From an uncultured bacterium (GTDB lineage: Bacteria > SAR324 > NAC60-12), in the NCBI GenBank assembly GCA_964010765.1, contig CAXGMD010000001.1:1-64000 (forward strand): DNA of 64,000 nucleotides, in the 5' to 3' direction. The stretch's first letter is position 1. Every line of letters starts with the position of its first letter. Of the stretch, positions 9,906 to 19,958 are shown piece after piece. The notes below the pieces were generated by a model that was not told the DNA's origin, ran no database searches, and saw nothing but the letters and a program-made list of their open reading frames with translations. The position numbers and the translations under genes are program-made.

Positions 9906-10433
9906 ATGGAAAGATTTATTCAAGTCTCTATGTTGTCAGAATCTAAGGCCTGGATTCAAAGAGGTGAACTCCAAGCAGATGAGATGCCCAGACTCGTTGA
10001 TATCTTGGTAGAAGGCGATTCATTTTTACAATATCGGATTAACCTAGAACGAAACAAAAAAGAAGTTACCTGTATTGGAAATCTTGAAGGAACGTTGTCA
10101 ATTGCCTGTGATCGTTGTGGACAACCGCTGAAACTGGATGTGGACGAAGAATTCACCTTCAAAATGGTTCCTGAGGCGAATTTGGAATCACAGAACGGGA
10201 AAGAAGTTTTTTTGGAGGATGAAGACTTGGACATGGACTTTTATCGAGATGACCAAATTGATTGGAAGGGAATTTTAGAAGATCAGGTAATACTAACTCT
10301 TCCAATGAGAAATTTGTGTGAGGAGCAAGGGCAATCAGCATGTGAAATTCCGTTGAATCCTCAAGAAATTGAAAATTTGAAGAAAAATAACCCATTTTCA
10401 AGCCTGAGTAACTCAGGTTGGAAAAATAATTGA
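9906..10433 (+). CDS. yceD: YceD/DUF177 protein
   Basis: CDRC motif and DQVILTLPMRNLC...NPFSSL tail; lies directly upstream of rpmF. Confidence 0.88.
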   Translation: MERFIQVSMLSESKAWIQRGELQADEMPRLVDILVEGDSFLQYRINLERNKKEVTCIGNLEGTLSIACDRCGQPLKLDVDEEFTFKMVPEANLESQNGKEVFLEDEDLDMDFYRDDQIDWKGILEDQVILTLPMRNLCEEQGQSACEIPLNPQEIENLKKNNPFSSLSNSGWKNN

Positions 10434-10460
10434 TCAGTCCCACAAAAACACGGAGAAATC

Positions 10461-10646
10461 ATGGCAGTCCCAAAACGAAAAATTTCCAAAAGCAGACGCG
10501 ACAACCGTAGAAATCATGTCAATGTTTCAGTTCCTGCACTTTCTAATTGTACAAATTGTGGCGAAATGACACGTCCACATCGAGTTTGTCAGCATTGCGG
10601 ATACTTTAAAGGTGTCCAAGTTATGGAAGTTAAGCAGCAGTTTTAA
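10461..10646 (+). CDS. rpmF: 50S ribosomal protein L32
   Basis: MAVPKRKISKSRRDNRR...CTNCGE..RPHRVCQHCGYFKG; GGAG RBS upstream. Confidence 0.97.
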   Translation: MAVPKRKISKSRRDNRRNHVNVSVPALSNCTNCGEMTRPHRVCQHCGYFKGVQVMEVKQQF

Positions 10647-10709
10647 TCATAATCAGAATCCTCCGAGGGGGTTTCCATCTCCTCTTCCAACCCACCATCA
10701 TGTATAAGC

Positions 10710-11756
10710 ATGCCAGTAGCGGTTGATGCGATGGGGGGAGATTCCCCATTATCCATTCAGTTGGAGGGAGCCGTAAGAGCCGCCAACGAATTAGGCATTG
10801 AAGTAGTTCTTGTTGGTCAAGAGACGCAAATCAAGGACCGACTCCAAAACATGCCACATTCGGCAAATAAAGTGCGTATTGTCCACTGTGAGGAGATGGT
10901 GGAAATGCATGAATCACCTAGTCAAGCATTGCGGCAAAAAAAGGATTCTTCAATCCGTGTTGCGATGGACCTGCACAAGCGTGGTGAGGTTAGCGCTGTC
11001 GTGAGTGCTGGCAACACAGGCGCTGCAATGGCCACTGCCAAATTTGTTCTTAAATCTATTCCAAAAATAGATCGCCCTGCTATCGCGACCCTCATGCCGA
11101 GCACACAACGTAATCGCCCCTTCGTGATTCTAGACATTGGCGCCAATACGGATTGCAAACCAGAGTATTTATTGCAATTTGCGCTGATGGGGGGAGCCTA
11201 TGCTCAAACGATGCTGAACATCGACAATCCACGAGTAGCTCTTCTCAACAACGGTGAAGAAGAAGGTAAGGGAAATCAAAATCTTAAGGAAACCTATCCC
11301 TTACTAAAGAAGAGCACGCTTAATTTTTATGGGAACATCGAAGGCAAGTTGATGTACCAGAATGAAGTAGATGTAGTGGTATGCGATGGCTTTGTGGGGA
11401 ACATCACGCTCAAGGTGGCAGAGGGAACCTTTGACTTTGTAAAGCAGGTTCTCAAGGAAGAGATTGAGAAGTCTTGGGTGGCGAAGTTAGGATATTTGTT
11501 GATGAAGAGGCCATTCAAGGCATTGAAAGAGAGGGGGGATTACACTGAGATTGGTGGCGCTCCACTTCTCGGGGTACAGGGCACAGTTGTCATCTGTCAC
11601 GGGAGTTCAAAACCTTACTCGATTAGAAACGCCATTAGGCATGCCGATAATTGTGCAAGTATGAAGTTGAACGATAAAATTTCCTCCCTTGTTCTAGAAA
11701 ATCAGAATCTGCTTTTGCCAAGGAAGGAATCCACTCCACTAGCTGCTGCTGGATAA
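10710..11756 (+). CDS. plsX: Phosphate acyltransferase
   Basis: VDAMGGD, SAGNTGA, DIGAN, VCDGFVGNI.LK and GGAPLLG motifs. Confidence 0.97.
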   Translation: MPVAVDAMGGDSPLSIQLEGAVRAANELGIEVVLVGQETQIKDRLQNMPHSANKVRIVHCEEMVEMHESPSQALRQKKDSSIRVAMDLHKRGEVSAVVSAGNTGAAMATAKFVLKSIPKIDRPAIATLMPSTQRNRPFVILDIGANTDCKPEYLLQFALMGGAYAQTMLNIDNPRVALLNNGEEEGKGNQNLKETYPLLKKSTLNFYGNIEGKLMYQNEVDVVVCDGFVGNITLKVAEGTFDFVKQVLKEEIEKSWVAKLGYLLMKRPFKALKERGDYTEIGGAPLLGVQGTVVICHGSSKPYSIRNAIRHADNCASMKLNDKISSLVLENQNLLLPRKESTPLAAAG

Positions 11757-11760
11757 ATCC

Positions 11761-12138
11761 TCAGTTTTGTTGCAGGTGCATCTTCAACTGCTCCTGCACA
11801 AATTCTTCGCATGCGTCCCAGTGCATGTTTTCTCGCTTTAGCTTCTCGTACAAATTAAAGAGAATTTGAAACTGATCCATCAGGCTGATCCCTTGATTGG
11901 TAAGATCTAGGGGCAGTAGGCGGTGGCGCAGAAGATTCAGGGTGTAAACTGTTTCTTGGTAGGAATTTTTGCTCAGCAGTTTCTCATCGTAATCATGCAT
12001 GAGGTAGCAAAACAGGAAAAAGCCTTCATCATCAAGTTCCCGGGCCCATTGCCAGGTTTGATCCTGGAATTCATGCTTCCCAAGAAACTCATCTCTGGCT
12101 TGATGAATCATCCCATAAAATTCGTCTTCTTCCTGCAT
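11761..12138 (-). CDS. Hypothetical protein
   Basis: The ORF track starts at 12225, overlapping the upstream gene. ATG 12138 (MQEEDEFYG) lies just after the upstream stop and is more plausible. Confidence 0.65.
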   Translation of the reverse strand: MQEEDEFYGMIHQARDEFLGKHEFQDQTWQWARELDDEGFFLFCYLMHDYDEKLLSKNSYQETVYTLNLLRHRLLPLDLTNQGISLMDQFQILFNLYEKLKRENMHWDACEEFVQEQLKMHLQQN

Positions 12139-12154
12139 TATTGCTCGGTTCGGT

Positions 12155-13063
12155 TTAGCGGTAATATGGATTTGATCCGCTATCATGGTCGGTTGCATCA
12201 TGGATGGCAACGATGTCCGGTACACTCTCTTTCATCATTACTTCTACACCCTGTTTAAGAGTTACGTCCACCATTCCACATCCTTGGCAGCCTCCTCCAA
12301 ATCGCAAGAATACCTCACCATTTTCAATTCTGCTTAGACTGACGACACCTCCATGGGAAGCAACCATTGGATTGACCTGCTCATCTAAAACTTGACGCAC
12401 TCGGTCTTCAAAGTTTCCACGGAGTTTCCCGATACCAAGTCCTTCATTGACTACCTCGATCTCCCCTGTGTCTTCATCAATTTGGATTTCGGTACCTTCT
12501 AGAAATGGTAGTAATGAGAAATCCATCCAGAAGACAATTCCTTCCTTCTCGAAACGTTGCATTTGTTCAGTATCGTCATCATTTAGGGGTCGAAGTGTAT
12601 AGACACCTTTAGTCGGTGATTTTGGTTCAACAGCTAGGAGCCATCCATCTGAAGCATCCTCATGCTGAGCTTGGATTTTCTTCAAAGCCTCAGGACTGAT
12701 GGTGAAAAATGATTCATCTACTAGTTCATAAAGATCCAAGAAGCGGTCTACATAGTAGAACGTATCAAAGCCATTGTCGTAAAGCATTTCAGCTGCTGTT
12801 AGTGTCTCTCCTTGCCCTCCACCGTAAAGTAAAATGTCGCCGGTGAAAGGCATTTGGTAGATTGAATTTTCGAAGTGCTCGATGGGAAGATTATGTGCAC
12901 CCGGCAAATGGGAAATTTCATAATCACCTGCACCCCGAAGATCAAACAAGTAAACTCGCTTTGCGGTGCGGCGCTTTGCAAAAAAGTCTTTGACGCTCAG
13001 TTGATAATTTTCAGGACGGAATAACTCATCTTCAGTATTTGAAAGATCCTTGAATTTGAACAT
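12155..13063 (-). CDS. NfuA-like Fe-S biogenesis protein with an N-terminal rhodanese-like domain
   Basis: N-terminal DLR...HLPGA rhodanese motif; central degenerate A-type carrier domain; C-terminal VNPMVASHGG...GGGCQGC...TLKQGVE...DATDH..G.NPYY Nfu domain. Confidence 0.88.
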   Translation of the reverse strand: MFKFKDLSNTEDELFRPENYQLSVKDFFAKRRTAKRVYLFDLRGAGDYEISHLPGAHNLPIEHFENSIYQMPFTGDILLYGGGQGETLTAAEMLYDNGFDTFYYVDRFLDLYELVDESFFTISPEALKKIQAQHEDASDGWLLAVEPKSPTKGVYTLRPLNDDDTEQMQRFEKEGIVFWMDFSLLPFLEGTEIQIDEDTGEIEVVNEGLGIGKLRGNFEDRVRQVLDEQVNPMVASHGGVVSLSRIENGEVFLRFGGGCQGCGMVDVTLKQGVEVMMKESVPDIVAIHDATDHDSGSNPYYR

Positions 13064-13227
13064 GGATCACCTGTTGAGGGAGGTTGCTAATGAACTAAGA
13101 ATATCCCAAGGGTTGTTGGCTGTCAATTTGAGCCGGATGATATGTTGAAAGATTCTTGAAGTTATAATTAAGCCTATATATTTTAAATCTTTTTTGTCTT
13201 TTTCACCTTAGCCACATAGGAGGGGTT

Positions 13228-13395
13228 ATGGAAAGGAAGACACTAAAGGTCCTTAGCGGAGTCCGAAATCTTCGGCAACAACTTTTTCAAGAACTGAGTC
13301 AGGGGGAGAAATCAGCTCCTAGAAAAGCGAGGTTATTGGCAGAGTTGGAGACGTTGATGAAATGTCAACCTTACCTAAAACGGACCCATGATTGA
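13228..13395 (+). CDS. Small protein, 55 aa (below the ORF-track cutoff)
   Basis: AGGAGG RBS before the ATG; MERKTLKVLSGVRNLRQQLFQELSQGEKSAPRKARLLAELETLMKCQPYLKRTHD; a terminator follows. Confidence 0.7.
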   Translation: MERKTLKVLSGVRNLRQQLFQELSQGEKSAPRKARLLAELETLMKCQPYLKRTHD

Positions 13396-13405
13396 TGGTG
13401 AGCCG

Positions 13406-13455
13406 AAAAAGGGGTCGGAGATACTCAAAGTAACTTCGACCCCTTTTTGTTTTTT
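13406..13455. terminator. Bidirectional intrinsic terminator
   Basis: AAAAAGGGGTCGGAG-loop-CTTCGACCCCTTTTT followed by a T tract, between convergent genes. Confidence 0.85.
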
Positions 13456-16400
13456 TAGGCATTGCCTAAAACTGTTTTGGTAAGTTTGGTGTTGGTTGCA
13501 GAGTTGTTTTCAGTGATTTCTTGCAGAAGCGCCTGAAGAGGGTGCATCGGGCGGAAGCCAGAAAAACGCTTCACTTGAGAACGACATGAATATCCTGTTG
13601 CCAGAATTGTGGCCTGTTGTGTCAATTCGTTGGGCATGTGGTGCTGCCAACTCATTTTGAAAATACCTCTTGATTCGTCGTAGTGTTCCTTCTCGTGGCC
13701 ATAAGTACCCGCCATTCCGCAGCATCCTGTCGCCTCAAGTTTCAGATCGAGACCCAATGACTTGAATACGTTTTGCCATTGTTGTTGGGATTGAAGAGCA
13801 AGGGTCTTCTCTGAGCAATGCCCAAGTAAACGGTAACTCCGGAGTGGTTCTAAAATCCTGTTGGAGCGCAACCGATCAGTCTGTTGTATTAACCATTCCT
13901 GAGGAAGCATTATTTCAACTGGTAACTGCTTCAAACCCAATGACTTGGGGTATTCGTCGCGGTAAGTTAAGACCATGCTTGGTTCAATCCCAACGATTGG
14001 CACATCTAAAGTAGCGAGTGTTTGGAGCCATTCAGAATTCTTTCGGACCAATGGATCAAACCAGTTGAGCAATCCCTTGATATGTAGTGGTTTACCATTT
14101 GGGCGGAATGGGGCTACGCAGACTCGAAAGCCTAATTTTTGAAGTAATTTGACAAAATGAATGACCAGTGGCGCTTCGTAGAAGGAGGTAAAAGCGTCTT
14201 GCAAGAGGATGACGGCGCTTTGTTTTTGGGCAGAAGGCAACTGTCTCAGTTCTTCGATGTTGAGCAAGCCCTCCACTTTCGTAAGTTGATTAGCGAGGTT
14301 GGGTGTGCTCAGAGCGGGTGCATCAATGAGTCCCACCAATTGTTTCAATGCTTTTACAGACAGTGAGTTACCCAGTAAAGCATTACCAAGACGGGGGATC
14401 TTGGAGAGGATTTGCCCACTCCACTCAGTAGTCCCAACCAAATAATCCCTCAATGGTCGCAGGTATCTTCCATAGTATTCGTGCAAAAATTTAGAACGAA
14501 ACTCAGGAACATCCACATGCACTGGACACTGAGAAGCACATGCTTTACAGGCAAGACATCCTGACATTGCTTCGAAGACTTCATGGGAATAGTCGTATTC
14601 TCTATACTTTTTGGCAGAATTCAAAAATTTTGCAGCCAACCCTCCTGCGGATCTGACCTCATCAGGGTCTCCAGCCAAGCTCAACTGTCGGAGCCATTCC
14701 TTCATGATTCCTGCCCGACCCTTTGGAGAGTGAATCCGGTCACGAGTGATCTTGGATGAAGGGCACATTACGTGGTTGGGGTCATAGTGGAAACAGGCTC
14801 CGTTGCCATTACAGCTGATGGTAACTGCGAATTCATCCTGCCAATTTGAATGAATTTGACGATCTCGATGACCTCGAAGCGGTGCTTCCACAGAGACCGT
14901 TTGTTCCTTGGATTCAAGGGGTGTGACGATTTTCCCCGGATTTAATTGATTGAACGGATCAAATACTTGTTTGATCTTGCGCAACTCCTGATAGAGATCC
15001 GAACCAAAATGCTCTTCAGTATATTCAGTACGGAATCCTCTGCCATGCTCCGCCCACATCACACCACCGTATTTGCGGACTAATTGACAGACACCATCTG
15101 AAATTTTACGAACAATTTCTTCGTCTTCGGTCGTCTTTAGGTCCAGCGCAGGCCTAACATGTAAACAGCCCACATCCACGTGACCGAACATGGCGTATTC
15201 AAGCCCAAAGCTTTCAAGCAAGTCACGAAATTCTCGAATGTAAGCAGCCAAGTTTTCTGGAGGGACCGCAGTATCTTCAACAAAAGGAATGGGCTTGCGT
15301 CGTCCTTTAGCATTTCCCAGAAGGCCCACCCCCTTTTTTCTTAGATTCCAAAGGTCTTTGATTTCTTCTGGAATTTCAGTTCGATAAAACCCTGTAGCTT
15401 CCCCAGATATCTCTTTTCTTTCGTCGATTATTTGCGCAAGTTGATCAACTTTTGCGCTTACTTCTGATTTTTCATTGCCTGAGAATTCAACCAAGTTGAT
15501 TGTACGGGTTGGGCGATGTCCTTCATCGGCCACAAAATCTTTAACCTTATGGTAAATCTCATCCTCCCGGGCAAGGCCCAAGATTTTTTCGTCAACGGTT
15601 TCAATTGCTGTTGGATCAGATTGGACGAGGATTCCTGCGGCTCGCAATGCATCGTCAAAGCTCTCGTACTTGACAACAATTAATTCCTGAAAGGCAGGTA
15701 GAGGTGTTAATTTTAGCTTAGCCTCATGGACAAGAACCAAAGTCCCCTCGGATCCAGCAAGCAAATAATTTAGATTAAAGACAGACCGTTGATCATTGCT
15801 GTAGACTCTAGCCAGATTGTAGCCGGTCATGAACCGGCTCATCTTGGGGAAAATCTCTTTGATCAGTTCGGCTTGTCGACAAACGATTTCATCCACTACG
15901 CGATGAACTTCCCCAGTTCTGCCAGATGCTGCCTTCCAGTCAGCTAACTCTTTTGGGTTAAGAGGCACGGAGTGTAGTTCCTCTCCATTAGAGAGAAGAC
16001 AGGATAGTCCAAGTATGTGATCACTGGTTCGTCCATAGACTCGTGAGCCTTTGCCACAAGCGTCTGTATTGATCATGCCTCCCAGGGTCGCTCGGCTACT
16101 GGGAGAAAGATTTGGTGCGAAGAAAACTCCATGAGGCCGAAGAAAATCGTTCAACTGATCTAGTACAACTCCAGGGCCCACTTTGACCCATCCCTGCTCT
16201 AGGTTCAATTCCCTGATATCGTTCATGTGGCGGGAACAATCTATGATGATCCCATCAGTAAGTGACTGCCCATTGGTCCCTGTTCCTCCCCCTCGAGGAG
16301 CAAAGCGGATATCCCGATATTTCTCATGTGTGGCTAGTTTTAGCAGAATCTTAAGATCTGACTTATGGATCGGAAAGACTGCTGCCTGGGGTAGGATCTG

Positions 16401-16544
16401 GTAGATACTATTGTCAGTGGACTGAACCAAGCGGGTGCCGTAATCTGAACGAATCTCTCCTTGAAACCCTTGTTGGCCAAGAGTTTCCAGGAAAGCTAGA
16501 TAACGACCTTGTGCTGGTTCTACCTGTGAAAGGCGAGGAATCAT
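13455..16544 (-). CDS. ydiJ: FAD- and Fe-S-binding oxidoreductase (YdiJ / D-2-hydroxyglutarate dehydrogenase-like)
   Basis: TDNSIYQ, PRGGGTGTNGQSL, FGHVDVGCLHVRP, CNGNGAC, CLACKACASQCP and CCGMAGTYGHE motifs. Confidence 0.92.
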   Translation of the reverse strand: MIPRLSQVEPAQGRYLAFLETLGQQGFQGEIRSDYGTRLVQSTDNSIYQILPQAAVFPIHKSDLKILLKLATHEKYRDIRFAPRGGGTGTNGQSLTDGIIIDCSRHMNDIRELNLEQGWVKVGPGVVLDQLNDFLRPHGVFFAPNLSPSSRATLGGMINTDACGKGSRVYGRTSDHILGLSCLLSNGEELHSVPLNPKELADWKAASGRTGEVHRVVDEIVCRQAELIKEIFPKMSRFMTGYNLARVYSNDQRSVFNLNYLLAGSEGTLVLVHEAKLKLTPLPAFQELIVVKYESFDDALRAAGILVQSDPTAIETVDEKILGLAREDEIYHKVKDFVADEGHRPTRTINLVEFSGNEKSEVSAKVDQLAQIIDERKEISGEATGFYRTEIPEEIKDLWNLRKKGVGLLGNAKGRRKPIPFVEDTAVPPENLAAYIREFRDLLESFGLEYAMFGHVDVGCLHVRPALDLKTTEDEEIVRKISDGVCQLVRKYGGVMWAEHGRGFRTEYTEEHFGSDLYQELRKIKQVFDPFNQLNPGKIVTPLESKEQTVSVEAPLRGHRDRQIHSNWQDEFAVTISCNGNGACFHYDPNHVMCPSSKITRDRIHSPKGRAGIMKEWLRQLSLAGDPDEVRSAGGLAAKFLNSAKKYREYDYSHEVFEAMSGCLACKACASQCPVHVDVPEFRSKFLHEYYGRYLRPLRDYLVGTTEWSGQILSKIPRLGNALLGNSLSVKALKQLVGLIDAPALSTPNLANQLTKVEGLLNIEELRQLPSAQKQSAVILLQDAFTSFYEAPLVIHFVKLLQKLGFRVCVAPFRPNGKPLHIKGLLNWFDPLVRKNSEWLQTLATLDVPIVGIEPSMVLTYRDEYPKSLGLKQLPVEIMLPQEWLIQQTDRLRSNRILEPLRSYRLLGHCSEKTLALQSQQQWQNVFKSLGLDLKLEATGCCGMAGTYGHEKEHYDESRGIFKMSWQHHMPNELTQQATILATGYSCRSQVKRFSGFRPMHPLQALLQEITENNSATNTKLTKTVLGNA

Positions 16545-16574
16545 GGTTAGGGCAGAAAATCTGATAAAGTGAGT

Positions 16575-17126
16575 TCAGTCGTCGATGGAAACCAACTCTA
16601 CATCGAAGATCAAAGTGGAGTGAGGGGGAATTAGATCACCGGCTCCATTGGCTCCATATCCTAGATTGGATGGGATTACTAACTGCCATTTAGAACCGAC
16701 GCTCATCAACTGCAAAGCCTCAGTCCAACCTGGAATTACGCGGTTTACAGGTATGTTGAGTGGCTCACCACGGGCGTAGGAACTGTCAAATACTTGACCG
16801 TTTACCAGTCGGCCAATGTAATTAACCACGACCCTGTCCTGTGATTGGGGCTGGGCTCCGGTGCCCTTTTCAATAATCTGGTATTGTAGGCCGCTGGTAG
16901 TAACGGTGGTCTCGGATTTAGCAGCATTCTCTTTCAGATAGGCCTGACCTTCATCAATAACGGCTTGAGCAGCTGCGGCTCGAGCTTGCTTTTCTTCTTC
17001 GCTGGGAAACATATCGCTAAAAATATAGTTGAAAACCAAAAAACCACCCAAGCCCATCATCAGGAGTGCAGTTACTAAGCTATACTTTTTCTTGGGAGGT
17101 TCCGTAACTTCTTTTGTTTCGGTCAT
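16575..17126 (-). CDS. FKBP-type peptidyl-prolyl isomerase, membrane anchored
   Basis: SGLQYQ, FDSSY.RG.P, VIPGWTEALQLM and IPP.STLIFDVEL motifs; N-terminal TM segment. Confidence 0.93.
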   Translation of the reverse strand: MTETKEVTEPPKKKYSLVTALLMMGLGGFLVFNYIFSDMFPSEEEKQARAAAAQAVIDEGQAYLKENAAKSETTVTTSGLQYQIIEKGTGAQPQSQDRVVVNYIGRLVNGQVFDSSYARGEPLNIPVNRVIPGWTEALQLMSVGSKWQLVIPSNLGYGANGAGDLIPPHSTLIFDVELVSIDD

Positions 17127-17150
17127 GGTTTGGTTAAGGTGGAACGGAAA

Positions 17151-18395
17151 TTACAGGTCACTTAAGAGAGCAGTGGCTGCACGACGACCTGATCGCATAG
17201 CACCCTGCAGGGATGAATGTTCACGGTGATCTCCGCAGATGAATAACCGTTCATTGACTTTGACGGTTTTTTCAGGGAATTGCAACGCAGGGGGTCTTTG
17301 TTGAGGAAGGGCTTGAGGTAGATGGTAGCAGCGGATCAGGCGCCAGTTTTCAGAGGTTTTTCCGAACCAATCCAACAACTGATCACGAACTGATTTCTCC
17401 AATTCCTCCTGATTTTCATAGGGCTCTAGGACGGAAACAGATACTAATTCCTTGCCGTCTGGCGCATAACTTCTGCTCACGCGGCTGTTGACCACCAAGT
17501 GATTAATTGGGCCGGCTCCATCTCCATTAAGCATTAGAATCGGATGTTCCGTGTGGGGAACTTCATTGGCCTCAAAATATAGACAGTATGTCGATTGAAA
17601 TTCTGGAGGGCTTGTCCGGCCCTGCAGCCTATATGCATCAGCAGCAGCAGAAGCAATCACTACAGCAGAACCTTCGACGACCTTCCCGCTTTCAAGAGTT
17701 ATGCTTTGGTCTTCGATTTTTTGAACAGGGCTCTCCAATTCAATCGTATCTTTAGGTAGGTCCCTACCCAACTGATCTGGGATGGATTGCATGCCCTGAG
17801 CAGGAAGAGTTACCCGTCCGGATGCAAAAGTTTTATAGGTGAATTCAAGCATCCGACTAGATGTTTCTAGCTTCGAATCCAAAAATACACCGGCAAAAAA
17901 AGGCCTCAGGAAGGCCTCAATGAATTTTTTTGAGAATCCAGCTTTTTCAAGGTATTCCCGCGTTTGAATTTCTGGCTTTGAAAAGATCTCATGCAAACTC
18001 ATCGATGAAAGCTGGCTGCGCCAACGCATCAACTGTAGACCATCACCAATTGAACTGAGATTAGATCGGAGGGTCCATGGAAGATGATGAGGCTTTCTAA
18101 AAGGATCAGCCATTAGATGAAAGTCACTGCACCATCGTACCAGAGCTCCCGGGTAGAAAGCCTTCAGTTGGAGCCCTCGGTACCTCAGCATTCTGCGAGC
18201 TTCAGAATATTCAGTCAGGAAGACTTGGAAGCCACGGTCCAACAAAAAACCATCCACTTTATCGGTTCGGACGCGTCCTCCAATTCCATCAGAAGCCTCA
18301 AATATTCGAACCTTCCGGCCAGCTTGGTGCAAATGGATCGCACAGCAAAGGCCCGCAACACCAGCGCCTACAATCAGGACGGGTTGTTCTTCCAT
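17151..18395 (-). CDS. FAD-dependent oxidoreductase (amine oxidase superfamily)
   Basis: GAGVAGL, GGRVRTD, LDRGFQV and CGDHRE.SSLQGAM.SGRRAA motifs. Confidence 0.88.
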   Translation of the reverse strand: MEEQPVLIVGAGVAGLCCAIHLHQAGRKVRIFEASDGIGGRVRTDKVDGFLLDRGFQVFLTEYSEARRMLRYRGLQLKAFYPGALVRWCSDFHLMADPFRKPHHLPWTLRSNLSSIGDGLQLMRWRSQLSSMSLHEIFSKPEIQTREYLEKAGFSKKFIEAFLRPFFAGVFLDSKLETSSRMLEFTYKTFASGRVTLPAQGMQSIPDQLGRDLPKDTIELESPVQKIEDQSITLESGKVVEGSAVVIASAAADAYRLQGRTSPPEFQSTYCLYFEANEVPHTEHPILMLNGDGAGPINHLVVNSRVSRSYAPDGKELVSVSVLEPYENQEELEKSVRDQLLDWFGKTSENWRLIRCYHLPQALPQQRPPALQFPEKTVKVNERLFICGDHREHSSLQGAMRSGRRAATALLSDL

Positions 18396-18503
18396 GGATG
18401 CAAACTTTGAAAAAATTAGATTTGGAAAAACAGATAAAATTAACGAAAATCAGCACTCTTGCAAGCGGTTTCCCTGAAGAGGTATTCTGTCAACGAGATC
18501 TGA

Positions 18504-19433
18504 TTATTCTGAATCACCAGAATGCCATTTAGGACATAACTTGCGAAAATTACACTGAGCACACTGGGTGGTGTCCTCCGTAAAGTTGAAATTACTTTCT
18601 TCAGCGTGATTTTGTTCTGGTCTACTCAGTAAGTTTTGCATTTGCTGAATGGACTCTTTGACATAGTTTTGGACACCTTCGAGGTCTAGAGATTTACTGT
18701 CGTATTCCCTAGTTTTTCCAGTTGCGAGAAAGACTTCCTTTAAAAGGATTTGGTCGGGTTTGATTCCCCATTTCTCTGATGCGTACATCGCATAAATACC
18801 CATCTGAAGTGAATGGTCTGCTTCATCCGATTTGCCAGTTTTCCAATCCAGTAGAATGATTTGATCATCCCTACGATAGCAGGCATCAAGGGAAACCCAA
18901 ATTTTGCATCCATCGATTTGAAAAGAGTTCAACTCCTCTAGTTCTAACCATTCGGACGAGTCTAGATTTTTCAATTGATTGAGCAGGGGAAGGTGATAGA
19001 AGTTTTCCACACAAGTTTGAGCTTGAGTGGCTAAGGCACGCCACTCCTCATCATTGACGGGCAGTTGGTATTCGTGTTCAACCAACCCCATAAATCGCTT
19101 GGGCCGAAGCCGATACTTTGCATCTCTTGAGTCTCTATAATCCTGGCGCAACCGATTTTGGAGACTTTCAGCGACACTCTGATAGGTTGGGAGTGATTTT
19201 GATTTCCTTAGGTGATTTAGGAGGTCCTCAAGAACTTTGTGAACCTTGACACCGATCCAGGCAAATCGATTATGAAGCTGTTTTAGGACATAGATTTCTC
19301 TGGTTCTGGGATCAGACTGCCAGTCCCAACCCCCCCAAGAACCATAATAATGAAACCAGTAGCGCCTAGGGCAACTTTGAAGTGTCTCATTTCGACTCTT
19401 CGACCAACTGAATTCATTGCGCAATAATCCCAT
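18504..19433 (-). CDS. PD-(D/E)XK nuclease family protein (RecB/Cas4-like, 4-Cys)
   Basis: SWS..R......CPR, LD...DWKTG, QMGIY and C-terminal CxxC.....C. The start is probably ATG 19433 (MGLLRNEF). Confidence 0.85.
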   Translation of the reverse strand: MGLLRNEFSWSKSRNETLQSCPRRYWFHYYGSWGGWDWQSDPRTREIYVLKQLHNRFAWIGVKVHKVLEDLLNHLRKSKSLPTYQSVAESLQNRLRQDYRDSRDAKYRLRPKRFMGLVEHEYQLPVNDEEWRALATQAQTCVENFYHLPLLNQLKNLDSSEWLELEELNSFQIDGCKIWVSLDACYRRDDQIILLDWKTGKSDEADHSLQMGIYAMYASEKWGIKPDQILLKEVFLATGKTREYDSKSLDLEGVQNYVKESIQQMQNLLSRPEQNHAEESNFNFTEDTTQCAQCNFRKLCPKWHSGDSE

Positions 19434-19580
19434 GGCTGTAGCATTTTTTGGAAGGGAGGATTTTAGATTTGAAATGTACTTTGCACATCCTGAAGAGGAC
19501 TCAACTCTCAATCTTCTCCAAACAGTCTGACGAACCCTGGGCCGAGTCGCAAGGGTTGGCCTCCATCAAGTAAGTTCATC

Positions 19581-19958
19581 ATGAGGGAATTATATCTTAT
19601 TCGAAGTAGTAAGACTGAGGAGTGGGAGAATGGCGTACGCAAAGTGAGCTTTGCGTGTGATGATCCAGATATCCATGCATTTGTCTGGCTCGATCTACGA
19701 GAGCGCTTAAGCGGAATTCAAATCATCTTTCGTGAGAAAGTTCTTGAATGGGATAAATCTTCGGGAGTCAGTCGTGGCGATACTAATCGTGAAGCTGATG
19801 AGGAGGTTCATGGTTATCAGAAGGGTGCTAGATCAATTCACAATCAAGTGCATAGCATTGATCAATCAGACTTGGCACTTTTGAAAACTTTACTGTTCCC
19901 AGGGGAATGGGATTCTTTAATAAAGAGTTGCTTCAATGTTTTGGAAAAGGGGAATTAG
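19581..19958 (+). CDS. Hypothetical protein
   Basis: 125-aa ORF, first gene of a co-directional overlapping run that includes mfd. Confidence 0.65.
   Translation: MRELYLIRSSKTEEWENGVRKVSFACDDPDIHAFVWLDLRERLSGIQIIFREKVLEWDKSSGVSRGDTNREADEEVHGYQKGARSIHNQVHSIDQSDLALLKTLLFPGEWDSLIKSCFNVLEKGN

Noticed and set aside
10666..10685. Hairpin between rpmF and plsX as a terminator
   Set aside because: The stem is G-U rich and has no U tract.
18504..19433. CRISPR-associated cas4
   Set aside because: No other cas genes and no repeat-spacer array seen anywhere in the window.
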